Part shown: piece by piece, positions 37,261-47,580 of the stretch
How positions within the stretch are numbered: the stretch's first letter is position 1
Layout of the letters: each line of letters starts with the position of its first letter
NCBI GenBank assembly: GCA_038230515.1
Contig: JBBRND010000001.1
Span: forward strand, 88,464 to 152,463
Source of the DNA: Bacteroidia bacterium
GTDB lineage: Bacteria; Bacteroidota; Bacteroidia; AKYH767-A; 2013-40CM-41-45
Length of the DNA stretch: 64,000 bases
Direction: 5' to 3'
Translations under genes and position numbers: made by a program
The notes under the pieces: model-generated
Seen by the model: the letters and a program-made list of their open reading frames with translations, nothing else
Told to the model about the DNA's origin: nothing
Database searches by the model: none

Positions 37261-37539
37261 GCCGTTTTCGGCATAAAAAATACGTTTTTGTAGAATGAGT
37301 TCACAAAAGGGATCTAAAATGGTGTTCGCTTTATACTGTCTTAATGACATAGAAGGGGCAGGTGGAAATATATTATCAATAAGGTAAAAGTATAAGCTTT
37401 GAAACCCGAGAGGATTTACAAACCTTCATTAAAGAAAACGTATAGAAATTTACTATTTAACTTAATCGGGAAAGCTATTTGTGATAAGAGACAATCATTT
37501 CAATATTCCATTTCATACTTTTACCAAAAATAAATCGTC

Positions 37540-38169
37540 ATGAGTTCATCCCTACTAGCTACCATTCACATCATCACCGTAAATCTTTTTTTGCTTTTGT
37601 ATTTAGTGAAAACGATTTTGCTTTTCAGCAATGTGTCTATGCTTGAAAAGTTTACTCGCGCAACGAAGATGCTTGAAATGATTGTGAGCACGCTTTTTCT
37701 TGCCAGTGGTGTGTGGCTTTTATTTATTCTGGGTGCTGTAAAAACTTTGTTCATTGTAAAATTTATTCTGGTGTTTGCCGCAATTCCAATTGCGGTGGTT
37801 GGATTTAAGAAACAGAATAAGATGCTTGCTCTGCTTTCGCTTGTATTGATTGTTGGTGCATACGGATTGGCCGAGGCATCGAAGAATAAACCATTTCTAC
37901 CGAGCAAGGTTGAGGTGAATGGAAATGCTGATGAAACTGCGAAGCTGGGCATCAAGACATACATTGCTAATTGCGCAATGTGTCACGGGAAAGATGGTAT
38001 GAAAATGTATCGCGATGCAAAAGACCTTTCTGCTTCAGCACTTGATGGGGCTTCTATAGAGATGATGGTGAAAGAAGGAAGCAAAGGAAAGATGCCTGCT
38101 TTTGCGGGTGCTTTGAGCGATGAAGAGATTATAGCAGTGAGCGCGTATGTGCAAACGTTGAGAAAATAA
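37540..38169 (+). CDS. membrane-anchored c-type cytochrome
   Basis: 4 TM segments, then a CAMCH heme-binding site and a distal Met (GKMPAF). Confidence 0.8.
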   Translation: MSSSLLATIHIITVNLFLLLYLVKTILLFSNVSMLEKFTRATKMLEMIVSTLFLASGVWLLFILGAVKTLFIVKFILVFAAIPIAVVGFKKQNKMLALLSLVLIVGAYGLAEASKNKPFLPSKVEVNGNADETAKLGIKTYIANCAMCHGKDGMKMYRDAKDLSASALDGASIEMMVKEGSKGKMPAFAGALSDEEIIAVSAYVQTLRK

Positions 38170-38242
38170 TTTTATGGCGTAATGATTTAAAAATTTGAAG
38201 ATGAACATAAAACACTCCCCCCTTCACGTTTTTCGTAATTTG

Positions 38243-38250
38243 TATATTTG
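38243..38250 (+). promoter_or_regulatory. putative -7 box TATATTTG upstream of hflX
   Basis: Matches TAnnTTTG, 34 nt upstream of the TTG start at 38284. Confidence 0.35.
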
Positions 38251-38283
38251 AAAATGAGTAGTTATTCGAGGGGGTAAAAAACT

Positions 38284-39525
38284 TTGGCACAAAAAACATT
38301 CAGCACACAAAAGAAAACGGAGACCGCAGTTCTTATCGGTGTTTCCGTTCGTTCGCAAGAGGGAGATCGCCTGAACGAATATTTAGACGAACTGCAATTT
38401 CTTGCGGAGACAGCGGGAGCAAAAACATTAAAACGGTTCACTCAGAAATTAGATCATCCTGATCCGAAAACTTTTATCGGAAGCGGAAAGCTTACAGAGA
38501 TTTGTGAGTACATAAAACAGCATGAAGTTGACATCATAATTTTCGATGATGAACTGAGTGGAACGCAAATTCGAAATATTGAGAAAGTAATCAATCCTGA
38601 TCCGCTTAAAAATGAAGGATATAATTGTCGCGTGCTTGATCGTACAAATTTAATTCTCGACATTTTTGCAAAGCGTGCACGCAGCGCCCAATCAAAAGCA
38701 CAGGTTGAATTGGCTCAATGTCAATACCTGCTTCCACGACTTACACGTATGTGGACACATTTAGAAAAACAGCGCGGAGGTATCGGAATGCGCGGACCTG
38801 GTGAATCGGAAATAGAAACCGATAAGCGAATGATTCGCGAAAAAATTGCGAAGCTGAAGGATCAGCTAAAAAAGATTGACAAGCAAAGCATTACTCAACG
38901 CAAGCAACGTGGGGAGATGATCCGCGTAGCGTTGGTGGGTTACACAAACGTTGGCAAGAGTACCATTATGAATCTGCTTAGCAAAAGCGATGTGTTTGCA
39001 GAAAATAAATTATTCGCTACGCTTGATACTACGGTACGTAAAGTTGTTTATGATCAGGTTCCGTTTTTACTTTCTGATACAGTTGGATTCATCCGCAAGC
39101 TGCCGCACGATCTGGTGGAGAGTTTTAAATCAACGCTGGATGAAGTTCGCGAAGCAGATATTCTTTTACATGTGGTAGATATTTCTCATCCTGAATTTGA
39201 AGAGCAGATTCATGTAGTGAATGAAATGCTCGTAGAACTTAAAGCAGCCGAGAAACCAATGCTTCTTATCTTTAATAAAATTGATTCATACTCTTTTACA
39301 GAGAAAGAAGAAGATGACCTCACACCTTCAACAAAAGAAAATGCTTCTCTTGCCGATCTGAAAAAATCATGGATCGGAAAAGTGACTACACCATGCGTTT
39401 TTATTTCTGCGACAAATAAAATAAACGTAGCAGAACTTCGGAATAAGCTGACTGAGATGGTGAAGGAGTTGCATTTTAAGAGGTATCCAAATTATTTTGG
39501 GGATCAGAGAGACTTTCAGGGTTAA
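38284..39525 (+). CDS. hflX: GTPase HflX
   Basis: G1 GYTNVGKST, G3 DTVGF and G4 NKID, with an HflX N-terminal domain. TTG start; no in-frame ATG nearby. Confidence 0.9.
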   Translation: MAQKTFSTQKKTETAVLIGVSVRSQEGDRLNEYLDELQFLAETAGAKTLKRFTQKLDHPDPKTFIGSGKLTEICEYIKQHEVDIIIFDDELSGTQIRNIEKVINPDPLKNEGYNCRVLDRTNLILDIFAKRARSAQSKAQVELAQCQYLLPRLTRMWTHLEKQRGGIGMRGPGESEIETDKRMIREKIAKLKDQLKKIDKQSITQRKQRGEMIRVALVGYTNVGKSTIMNLLSKSDVFAENKLFATLDTTVRKVVYDQVPFLLSDTVGFIRKLPHDLVESFKSTLDEVREADILLHVVDISHPEFEEQIHVVNEMLVELKAAEKPMLLIFNKIDSYSFTEKEEDDLTPSTKENASLADLKKSWIGKVTTPCVFISATNKINVAELRNKLTEMVKELHFKRYPNYFGDQRDFQG

Positions 39526-39598
39526 TATTTTCAAGCGCTCTAAAATTCTTTCCTGCATTTAACGTTTACTTTTACCAACCAACGTCTTGTAAACACTG

Positions 39599-42500
39599 AT
39601 GTGCAGAACTTTTGCTGCTGTATTTTTTATTCTTAGTCCGTTTTTTTCTTTTTCGCAGATGAGCAACCTGCGTGAGAAATTTATTTCCGCCAAGGCGGAT
39701 ACAGTTCAGCTTGATTCGGGGAGTGTTGTTGCGAATTCAATTTTTGTGTTGAATGAAGGAAAGGTTTTAGATAAAAAGGCTTACGCAGTAGATGCAGCGA
39801 AATCAATTCTCATCTGGCAAAAAAAAATCGATGAGTACAAAAATATTTCCGCTGACAGTTTGGAAATTCATTTTCGTGTTTTCCCATTTTCATTTTCTGA
39901 AAGTGTGCAGCACAAAGACATTGGCAGAATTTCAAAACAATCTGCAAACGGAATGAATCAGTATGTGTACAATCCGGCAGAATCTGAGCCCTCTTTTTTT
40001 AAGTATGAGGGATTGCAAAAAGCAGGAAGCATTTCACGGGGAGTAACGTTTGGAAATAACCAGGATGTGTTTGTGAATTCAAGTTTGAATTTGCAACTGG
40101 CAGGAAAATTAAATGATCAGGTAAATATACTAGCTGCAATCACGGATGAAAATATTCCCGTGCAACCAGAAGGAAACACACAACAGATTCAGGATTTCGA
40201 TAAGGTATTCATTCAGCTTTACAACGATAACAGTAAACTGATTGCAGGAGATTTTGAATTGAAGCGTCCCGAAAGTTATTTCATGAACTTTTTCAAGAAG
40301 GCTCAAGGTGGACTTTTCACAAACAACAGTGTATTGGGAAAAGCAATGGCAAACGGCAAACCTAAATTCGTGAACAGAGTTGGGTTAAGCGCAGCGGTAT
40401 CAAAGGGGAAATTTGCGCACAACACCGTTGCTGCTCTTGAAGGAAACCAAGGACCATATCGTTTAACCGGGAGCAACAATGAATCATTTATCATCGTGCT
40501 CGCAGGTACTGAGAAAGTTTACATTGACGGGCAACTGATGAAACGCGGTTTGCAATATGATTACACAATTGATTACAATGTTGCGGAACTCACGTTTACT
40601 GCAAAGCGGTTGATCACAAAAGAGGCGCGCATCACGGTGGAGTTTGAATATTCAGAAAAAAGCTATGCTCGCTCACTTCTTTTTCTCAACGATGAAATAG
40701 AGAGTGAAAAAATAAAAATAAAATTCAATGCATACAGCGAACAGGACAGCAAGAATCAGCCGTTGCTAATTGATCTTGACAGCGCGAAAAAAGCGGTGAT
40801 GGCAAGTGTTGGCGACAGTATTCAAAATGCTTTTTACCCAACTTACGATAGTGTGCAATACAATGCTGATGAAATTCTTTACAAGAGAATAGATACAACG
40901 ACTTCCCTCGGAACCTATCCGGAAATTTTTGTTTACTCAGCAGATAGCGCACACTGGCGAGTTACATTTTCAAATGTTGGATTGGGCAATGGCGATTACG
41001 TGCAGGACAGTAGCAGCGTGAATGGCAGGGTGTTTAAATGGATAGAGCCGGTTGCAGGTATTCATCAGGGTTTGTATAAACCGGTAGGATTGTTGGTTAC
41101 ACCGAAAAAACAACAACTATTTACGCTGGTAACGGACTTGAAACTTTCAAAAAATAATACGGCAGGTTTTGAAGTAGCGATGAGTAATTACAATGTCAAT
41201 TTGTTTTCAAAGAAGGATAGAGGCAATGATCTTGGTTATGCGGGAAAAGCATATTATCAGAACATTACCTCACTTGGAAGCGATTCAGTGAAATCATGGA
41301 GGCTAACCTCCAATCTCAATTACGAATTTGTGAACCGCGACTTCAAACCGATTGAGCGTTTTCGCAACGTTGAATTTGAGCGCGAATGGAATCTTGGTAC
41401 AACTTCCATTTATCATGATGAATATATTGTAGCAGGCCAGGTTGCGTTGTCGAAATTAAATCTTGGCAATGTTTCTTATCAGTTGAAAAGTTTTCAGAAA
41501 GGAAGCGATTACAACGGATTGCTTCACAATGCAGGATTGCTTGCAACTGTCGCAAAGTTCACACTCAATACTACAGGAAGTTTGCTCACCACCAAAGGTG
41601 CAACAGTGAAAACGGAATACTACAAGCACAGCGTTGATTTATCGAGAGGAGTCTGGAAGCTGATTATCGGGACAAAAGAAAACACGGAACATAACGTGTT
41701 TAAAAAAATTGTTGGTGATTCGCTTACTGTCGCAAGTTTTTCTTTTCAAGAATACAGCGGATACATCAACACAAAGGACTCATTGAAAAATAAATTCGGG
41801 TTGAATTACAAAAAGAGATACGATGATCGTGTTGCAAATAATCAGTTCAAACGTGCTACCGATATTGATGAAATAAATTTTTCAGCAGAATTCACGAAAG
41901 AACAAAACAATCAGTTGCGGATTTATACTTCATACCGGAATTTAAAAGTGCTTGATTCCGCACTTACACAGCAGGCAGAAGCAAAAACACTGTTGAACAG
42001 GATTGATCACAACCTGATTTTGTGGAAAGGAGTAATTAGCGCAACGACATATTACGAAGTAGGTACAGGTCAGGAACGAAAACTTGAGTATTATTTTCTT
42101 CAAGTTCCTGCCGGACAAGGTTCTTACATTTATCGCGGTGATGCAAACGCTAATGGAGTTAAGGATCTTGACGAGTTTGAAGTTGCAGCGTTTGCTTATC
42201 AGGCTGACTACATAAAAGTTTTTACACCAACCAATCAATACATCAGCACGCGTACGAATCAATTCAACGAAGTGTTCAACATCAACCCCTCAGCTGCCTA
42301 CAAATCGTTTCAAGGGAGGCAGCAAGTTCTTTCGAGATTCTCAAATCAGCTTTCCGTTCGCCTCGATAAAAAAACAAAAGAGGATGATGCGTTTCGTTCA
42401 TTGAATCCGTTTGATCAGAAAATCGGAGACAGTTCTTTAGTGTCAACCAACTCAAGCTATCGCAATACGCTTTACTTTAATCGCTCATCCTCTGTGTTCG

Positions 42501-43093
42501 GCTGTGATGCAACCTGGACCAAGAACGAAGGAAAGACACTTCTCATCAATGGATTCGAAACGCGTACACTTACTTCTTATGAAGGAAATACGCGATGGAA
42601 TCTTTCGCGGCTGCTGTTGGTTACTGCAAACTATCAGCATAACGATAAAGTAAATGGCTCGGAATTTTTTCCTGCACGCAATTATCATCTCTTAACAGAT
42701 CATGGAGAACCGAAGTTGAGTATTCAGCCAGGAACAGCATTCCGTACTTCGTTGTCGTATGAATATTCAATCAAGAAAAATGTTTATGGAACTGGAGGGG
42801 AGAAGGCAGAGCAAAACAAACTCGGGCTTGAAATGAAATACAACACCACAGGTACTGGCAGCATTTCTGCAAAAATAAATTACATAGGAATTATTTTTAA
42901 TGCGGAGGATAATTCTTCACTCGCTTATGAAATGCTGGATGGATTGCACAAGGGAAAAAATTTTACATGGAATACATCCGTTCAACGATCTCTTGGAAAT
43001 TCGATTCAACTCAGTTTAAATTATGACGGAAGAAAATCGGAAAACAACAAAGCCATTCATACAGGAGGGGTACAGGTGAGAGCTTATTTTTAA
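39599..43093 (+). CDS. large (1164 aa) uncharacterised outer-membrane protein
   Basis: Signal peptide MCRTFAAVFFILSPFFSFSQ, beta-rich composition and a C-terminal ...GGVQVRAYF typical of OM beta-barrels. Confidence 0.75.
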   Translation: MCRTFAAVFFILSPFFSFSQMSNLREKFISAKADTVQLDSGSVVANSIFVLNEGKVLDKKAYAVDAAKSILIWQKKIDEYKNISADSLEIHFRVFPFSFSESVQHKDIGRISKQSANGMNQYVYNPAESEPSFFKYEGLQKAGSISRGVTFGNNQDVFVNSSLNLQLAGKLNDQVNILAAITDENIPVQPEGNTQQIQDFDKVFIQLYNDNSKLIAGDFELKRPESYFMNFFKKAQGGLFTNNSVLGKAMANGKPKFVNRVGLSAAVSKGKFAHNTVAALEGNQGPYRLTGSNNESFIIVLAGTEKVYIDGQLMKRGLQYDYTIDYNVAELTFTAKRLITKEARITVEFEYSEKSYARSLLFLNDEIESEKIKIKFNAYSEQDSKNQPLLIDLDSAKKAVMASVGDSIQNAFYPTYDSVQYNADEILYKRIDTTTSLGTYPEIFVYSADSAHWRVTFSNVGLGNGDYVQDSSSVNGRVFKWIEPVAGIHQGLYKPVGLLVTPKKQQLFTLVTDLKLSKNNTAGFEVAMSNYNVNLFSKKDRGNDLGYAGKAYYQNITSLGSDSVKSWRLTSNLNYEFVNRDFKPIERFRNVEFEREWNLGTTSIYHDEYIVAGQVALSKLNLGNVSYQLKSFQKGSDYNGLLHNAGLLATVAKFTLNTTGSLLTTKGATVKTEYYKHSVDLSRGVWKLIIGTKENTEHNVFKKIVGDSLTVASFSFQEYSGYINTKDSLKNKFGLNYKKRYDDRVANNQFKRATDIDEINFSAEFTKEQNNQLRIYTSYRNLKVLDSALTQQAEAKTLLNRIDHNLILWKGVISATTYYEVGTGQERKLEYYFLQVPAGQGSYIYRGDANANGVKDLDEFEVAAFAYQADYIKVFTPTNQYISTRTNQFNEVFNINPSAAYKSFQGRQQVLSRFSNQLSVRLDKKTKEDDAFRSLNPFDQKIGDSSLVSTNSSYRNTLYFNRSSSVFGCDATWTKNEGKTLLINGFETRTLTSYEGNTRWNLSRLLLVTANYQHNDKVNGSEFFPARNYHLLTDHGEPKLSIQPGTAFRTSLSYEYSIKKNVYGTGGEKAEQNKLGLEMKYNTTGTGSISAKINYIGIIFNAEDNSSLAYEMLDGLHKGKNFTWNTSVQRSLGNSIQLSLNYDGRKSENNKAIHTGGVQVRAYF

Positions 43094-43099
43094 TTTGGA

Positions 43100-43116
43100 A
43101 TTTATGATTCTTGATT
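43100..43116. repeat. solo copy of the atp-cassette-B inverted-repeat arm
   Basis: ATTTATGATTCTTGATT is identical over 17 nt to 62165-62181, and to the reverse complement of 62587-62603. Confidence 0.85.
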
Positions 43117-43147
43117 TCAGATAAATGGCAAAATATTTTTGAAACAG

Positions 43148-44649
43148 ATGTACAAAACATCGGATTTATTTTTCTACATCGGGATAACAGGTGTTATTCT
43201 GTTTTCATTTTTTTCTTTTTCATACGCTTATTATCCGTTCTTCAATTCTGATTCTGCGCTCTCTGTTCTGATGGCGTATCATTACCATCTTCCGGAAGAT
43301 ATTTATTGCTGGGGACAAAACCGTGGCGGCACTTTTGAAATGATGATCGCTCATTTTTTTATTTCTCTTTTTCATTCAAGTCCGGTTATTACTGCATCAA
43401 TAATTCATTACCTCATCCTAATCGCAGGTTTTTTTGCAGGATTTCATTTTATCAGAAAATCTTTTTATCGTTTTGCGCTTGCAGTGCTTTGGTTTTTTCC
43501 GTCAGGATTCTTTATTGAAATAATTATTTACCAATTCAGCGTTCAGTTCAGCTTATTCATGATCGCAATTTTCTTTTTGAGCAAATCATTTTCTGTTTCT
43601 GCAAAGAAAAATTTCTTTCTCTCTTTGTCATTTCTGTTTATGATTCTGAATGTGTGGGTTCTTGACCTTGGAATTATTCCGACAACTTTTCTTTTTCTGT
43701 TTTTGAGCACAACTATTTTAGTAAAAAACAATAAAGGAAGAGCAACTCTTCAAGGGATTAAATATTTTTCTTCAAAACCGACTCTTTTTCTCTCCGCTTT
43801 GTGGATTGTTTCAGGAGCCGCATTTATTTATTGGGCAAAGCATCTCACGAATTATACCATTGGATACTCTGAAACATCCCCGAACAATCCTTCCGAAATT
43901 TATTTTTCTCTCCTCTCCATTTCGAAATCGTTCTCTGAGGCGTTTCTTTTTCATAGGAAATTTTTTTCAGATAGCATGCTCGTTTATTCAGTTGCAATAT
44001 TTTTCGTTTTCTATTTATTTTATTTTATCAAACCGAAACAAACTTATTCCCTTGTAATTTTTTTTCGCTCATTTTTCTCGGGCAATCTCTGTTCGGGGTT
44101 TTAATTCTTCTTCTTTCCAGACAGGTTTACCTGAACGATGTACCCGTGCGATACTTTGCCGGATCGTATCTTTCCTTTGCAATTTTTATTATCATGAAAC
44201 TTGATTCAATAGAAAGCCAGAAAGTTCTATTCAAACTTCCGATTATCGTAGTAATCACGTGCTTTATTTTCAACTCTCTGCACGAAACTTATTTACCTGA
44301 AAAACTTCCTCCAATGATAAATGATTTTCAAAAGCTGAATTCGTTGAAGCCGGTTGGCATAATTGGTAGTTACTGGAACTCGTATGTGTTCGCAGCTATT
44401 GATCCTGAACATATCAAAGCAACTCCTTACGATAAGGATATGTTTCGAAACAGAGAACTGGCTAACGAAGTACTAAATCAACCCAAACTTCTACTCGTGC
44501 AAAATGAATGGCTTATAGATTTTCCCGATTCAATTCCTCAATTCGGAAAAATGCTTGTGAGAAAAGGAAATCCTTTTTTACTCGGGACTTACATCACGTG
44601 GCAGGAAATTAATGATGTAATGGCTTGCGAATATTACAAGGTATTGTAA
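43148..44649 (+). pseudogene. polytopic membrane protein split by a 1-nt frameshift in a T8 run
   Basis: Track ORFs 43139-44104 and 44146-44649. The second frame is open back through 44058 and reads as a TM helix (SLIFLGQSLFGVLILLLS). T8 at 44058-44065; one extra T would fuse the two into about 500 aa. Confidence 0.6.
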
Positions 44650-44701
44650 AAAGCAAAGGGCAGAAAAAAAGTCATTCCTTATTAATTATTTTAAGACAAA
44701 A

Positions 44702-45628
44702 TTATTTCATATCAATGGTCGAAGTACCAATGAGGTTACCGATGTGATAAATCTCCACGTTATATTTTCCTTTAACAAACGGTGTACCTTTCGCCCAAAT
44801 TACTTCAACAGGTAAATCGGCATTTGCATATTCAAGAGTTTGTTTCATTGTGTACACTAGCGACTGTCCATGACTGTCAAAGGTTGCCTGATCGCTTGAC
44901 ATTACAGCACCGTCTGGCCCGAGGACGCGCACATACAAATCAACCTGTCCAGCATCTATCACCCTGTTTTCGGTAAGCAAAAAACTTGTACGAACCTTTT
45001 GAACTTGTTTCGCTTTCAGTGTAACAAGCGCTTTTCCGTTACTCTTATAGCGCAGTCCTTCGGTTTTGATATTCATTGCTTTCAAAACGCTTCCCGCAGC
45101 CACTTTGCCCGCAAGTTTTGAATTCTGATCATTCAGATTCTGGACTTTACTTTTCTCATCACTAAGTGTTGAACTCAGATTCTGGTTCTCTGCTTGCAAT
45201 AAGGTATTCACTTTATTGAGTGAATCAATTTGAGCCATGTACATATTATTCATCTCACGAAGTTGTGCCATCTCTTCTTTTGCTTTCGCAATTTGTGCAG
45301 GCCCACCAATGGCAATAAGCCGTTGTATCTCCGCTACCTTCGCCTTAATTTCCTCATCCTTCGATGAAAGTTCTGTCTCCAGATTGGCATTTTCTGATTT
45401 CACTTTTTCATACTCATTCTTGATCTGGTCGAGTTGTGCCTGAACGGCATCCCTCTCGGCTTTGGTGGTTATAATCTGTTGATTCGCTTGTTCAAGATTG
45501 GTTTTCTTCTCGAAGAACTGCCAAAGTAAGAGCCCGTTAGTGCCGAGTAGAATGGCAATTACAATAATGACGATCCCCTTCTTGGGACCTTGTTCTTGAA
45601 TATCTGATTTAGTAGAGTCGTTATCCAT
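44702..45628 (-). CDS. membrane-anchored coiled-coil protein, uncharacterised
   Basis: N-terminal TM segment (IVIIVIAILLGTNGLLLW), about 150 aa of heptad-rich Q/E/K/N sequence and a beta-rich C-terminal domain. Confidence 0.7.
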   Translation of the reverse strand: MDNDSTKSDIQEQGPKKGIVIIVIAILLGTNGLLLWQFFEKKTNLEQANQQIITTKAERDAVQAQLDQIKNEYEKVKSENANLETELSSKDEEIKAKVAEIQRLIAIGGPAQIAKAKEEMAQLREMNNMYMAQIDSLNKVNTLLQAENQNLSSTLSDEKSKVQNLNDQNSKLAGKVAAGSVLKAMNIKTEGLRYKSNGKALVTLKAKQVQKVRTSFLLTENRVIDAGQVDLYVRVLGPDGAVMSSDQATFDSHGQSLVYTMKQTLEYANADLPVEVIWAKGTPFVKGKYNVEIYHIGNLIGTSTIDMK

Positions 45629-45637
45629 ACTTTAACT

Positions 45638-45907
45638 TTAGGTGATTATTTGTTGTTTATTGGTTTCGTCAACGTAGTTCAATCGAAGTTCAGTAAGGGC
45701 GCTTTCAAGTGCGCGGCTAAGTTCAGCGGAAAGGTTGTTGGAAGTTTTTTGTTTGAGTACTTCAAGCAAGTCAATGGATTGCTTCGCCTGCTCAAGATCG
45801 CGCTCCACCTTGTCGGTCATGGGATTCTTGAGCTTGCCCATAGCGATCATGGCGTTCTGATGAAAGATCAGTATAAACTGAATGAAAAGTTGATCGTTGC
45901 TTGTCAT
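45638..45907 (-). CDS. DUF1844-like small protein
   Basis: 89 aa with FIQFILIFHQNAMIAMGKLKNPMT... typical of DUF1844. Assignment is from memory. Confidence 0.7.
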   Translation of the reverse strand: MTSNDQLFIQFILIFHQNAMIAMGKLKNPMTDKVERDLEQAKQSIDLLEVLKQKTSNNLSAELSRALESALTELRLNYVDETNKQQIIT

Positions 45908-46019
45908 GCGGTGCTAAAATTTTAGAATGGAAACAAAGGTAATATTTTTTTAATGTGACCAAATTTTTCTTCGACTTTTGTACCGCATTCCTACATCAGA
46001 TGTTTCTATCATAAAAAAC

Positions 46020-47183
46020 ATGCTCATCGAACAAATTATTTCTTCCGGCGAAAAAATTAAACTACTTAGTAGCGGAAAGATTTTTTTTGATACGCTTGAG
46101 AAACTGATCAATGAAGCTAGGGCTGAAATTCATTTTCAGATTTATATTTTTGAAAATGATGAAACGGGTATTCGCATAGCAAATGCTTTGCTGAAAGCTG
46201 CGATAAAAGGAGTAAAAATTTATCTGCTGATTGATGCATTCGGCTCCTCTAATCTTCCGCAGGAGATAACTACGCAACTAAAAAATGCCGGTGTGGGACT
46301 AAAGCGGTATGGGCCTTTTTTATCAGGTAGAACGCTTCATCTCGGCAGACGGCTACACCGGAAGGTAATTGTATTCGACCGGAAGATTGCTATTGTAGCA
46401 GGACTAAACATCAGCAATAATTACAATGATGTTGGCGACAAAAAACCATGGCTTGATTTTGCTGTGATTGCAGAGGGAAACATTGTGGCGAAGCTTTATT
46501 CTGTTTGTCTTCAACGATGGATTAAGAAGCGGCTGCGACAGTTGCCGCTGAAGAAAATTCTTTCTGAAAGAAAGATATTTTCATCTCTCATTCGTGTGCG
46601 GCAAAATGATATGATTCGCGGATTAAATGAAGCGAATGCTTCATACCGAAGAGAAATTAAAAATTCGAAGACGTCTTTATTTGTTGTTGGCGGCTATTTT
46701 CTTCCGGGCGGAGGAGTAAGAAGATTGTTGAGGTATGCAGTACTGCGGGGAGTTCGAGTAACTGTTATTCTTGCTGCTGAATCGGATGTAACACTTCAGC
46801 GGAATGCTGTTCAATATTTATATCAGTGGATGTTACGTATCGGAATTCAGATTTATGAATACCTACCATCCAATGTTCATGGCAAAGTTTTGATTGCTGA
46901 TAAAAAAAATATTTCAATCGGCTCGTATGATCTAAATAACCTCAGCACGTTTAGCAACATTGAACTGAATCTTGATATTCCGAATGAGCAACTGGCAACT
47001 GCATTTCAAAATGAGTTGGAGAAAATTATGGTCGCAGAGTGCCGCCTTGTAACAATTGAGGATCTTTATAGAAGAACAAATATCTGGAAACGATTAAAAT
47101 ATTTTGTCTCTTACCAAATTGTGAAATCATTTTTTGTTTTAGCGCTCTGGACAGCAAGAAAAGATAAGGAAGAGTACCAGTAA
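46020..47183 (+). CDS. phospholipase D family protein (cardiolipin synthase-like)
   Basis: Two HKD motifs, HRKVIVFDRKIAIVAGLN and HGKVLIADKKNISIGSYD. First ATG at 46020. Confidence 0.85.
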   Translation: MLIEQIISSGEKIKLLSSGKIFFDTLEKLINEARAEIHFQIYIFENDETGIRIANALLKAAIKGVKIYLLIDAFGSSNLPQEITTQLKNAGVGLKRYGPFLSGRTLHLGRRLHRKVIVFDRKIAIVAGLNISNNYNDVGDKKPWLDFAVIAEGNIVAKLYSVCLQRWIKKRLRQLPLKKILSERKIFSSLIRVRQNDMIRGLNEANASYRREIKNSKTSLFVVGGYFLPGGGVRRLLRYAVLRGVRVTVILAAESDVTLQRNAVQYLYQWMLRIGIQIYEYLPSNVHGKVLIADKKNISIGSYDLNNLSTFSNIELNLDIPNEQLATAFQNELEKIMVAECRLVTIEDLYRRTNIWKRLKYFVSYQIVKSFFVLALWTARKDKEEYQ

Positions 47184-47314
47184 AAAATGCGAGTTCTTAG
47201 CAGGTGGTATCAACTTTGTTAGAGAACAGTCTTCCTTACTCAGGATTGCCAAAAGAACATTACAACTCCAAATAATAGAAGGAATATTAAATTCCTTTAT
47301 TTTGAATCAAACGT

Positions 47315-47500
47315 TTAGACTCGGATGTGCTCCCTATTGTCTGTTTGCTTAAATAATTCCTTAAAAGAAACTACAGTTTTAATATGTTTGTAATTTGGAA
47401 CCGGTTTCAAACAATTTCTTTCATTAAACTCACTGAAAAATATTTCTTCCCTTTCTGAAGAAACAATATTGATAGCTTTATCAAATTGTCCCTAAGGCAT
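47315..47500 (-). pseudogene. possible remnant small ORF (61 codons) with TAG at codon 3
   Basis: ATG 47500, CCT, then TAG (47492-47494), followed by 58 open codons (GQFDKAINIVSSEREEIFFSEFNERNCLKPVPNYKHIKTVVSFKELFKQTDNREHIRV) and a 7-bp hairpin at about 47283-47301. No homology recognised. Confidence 0.25.
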
Positions 47501-47580
47501 ATAGATCTTCAAGTAACTTGCGAAGAAAAAATATTTAGAGTTAAAGAATAGGGCTGGATAAAAAGAGGATAGCTGAAAAA

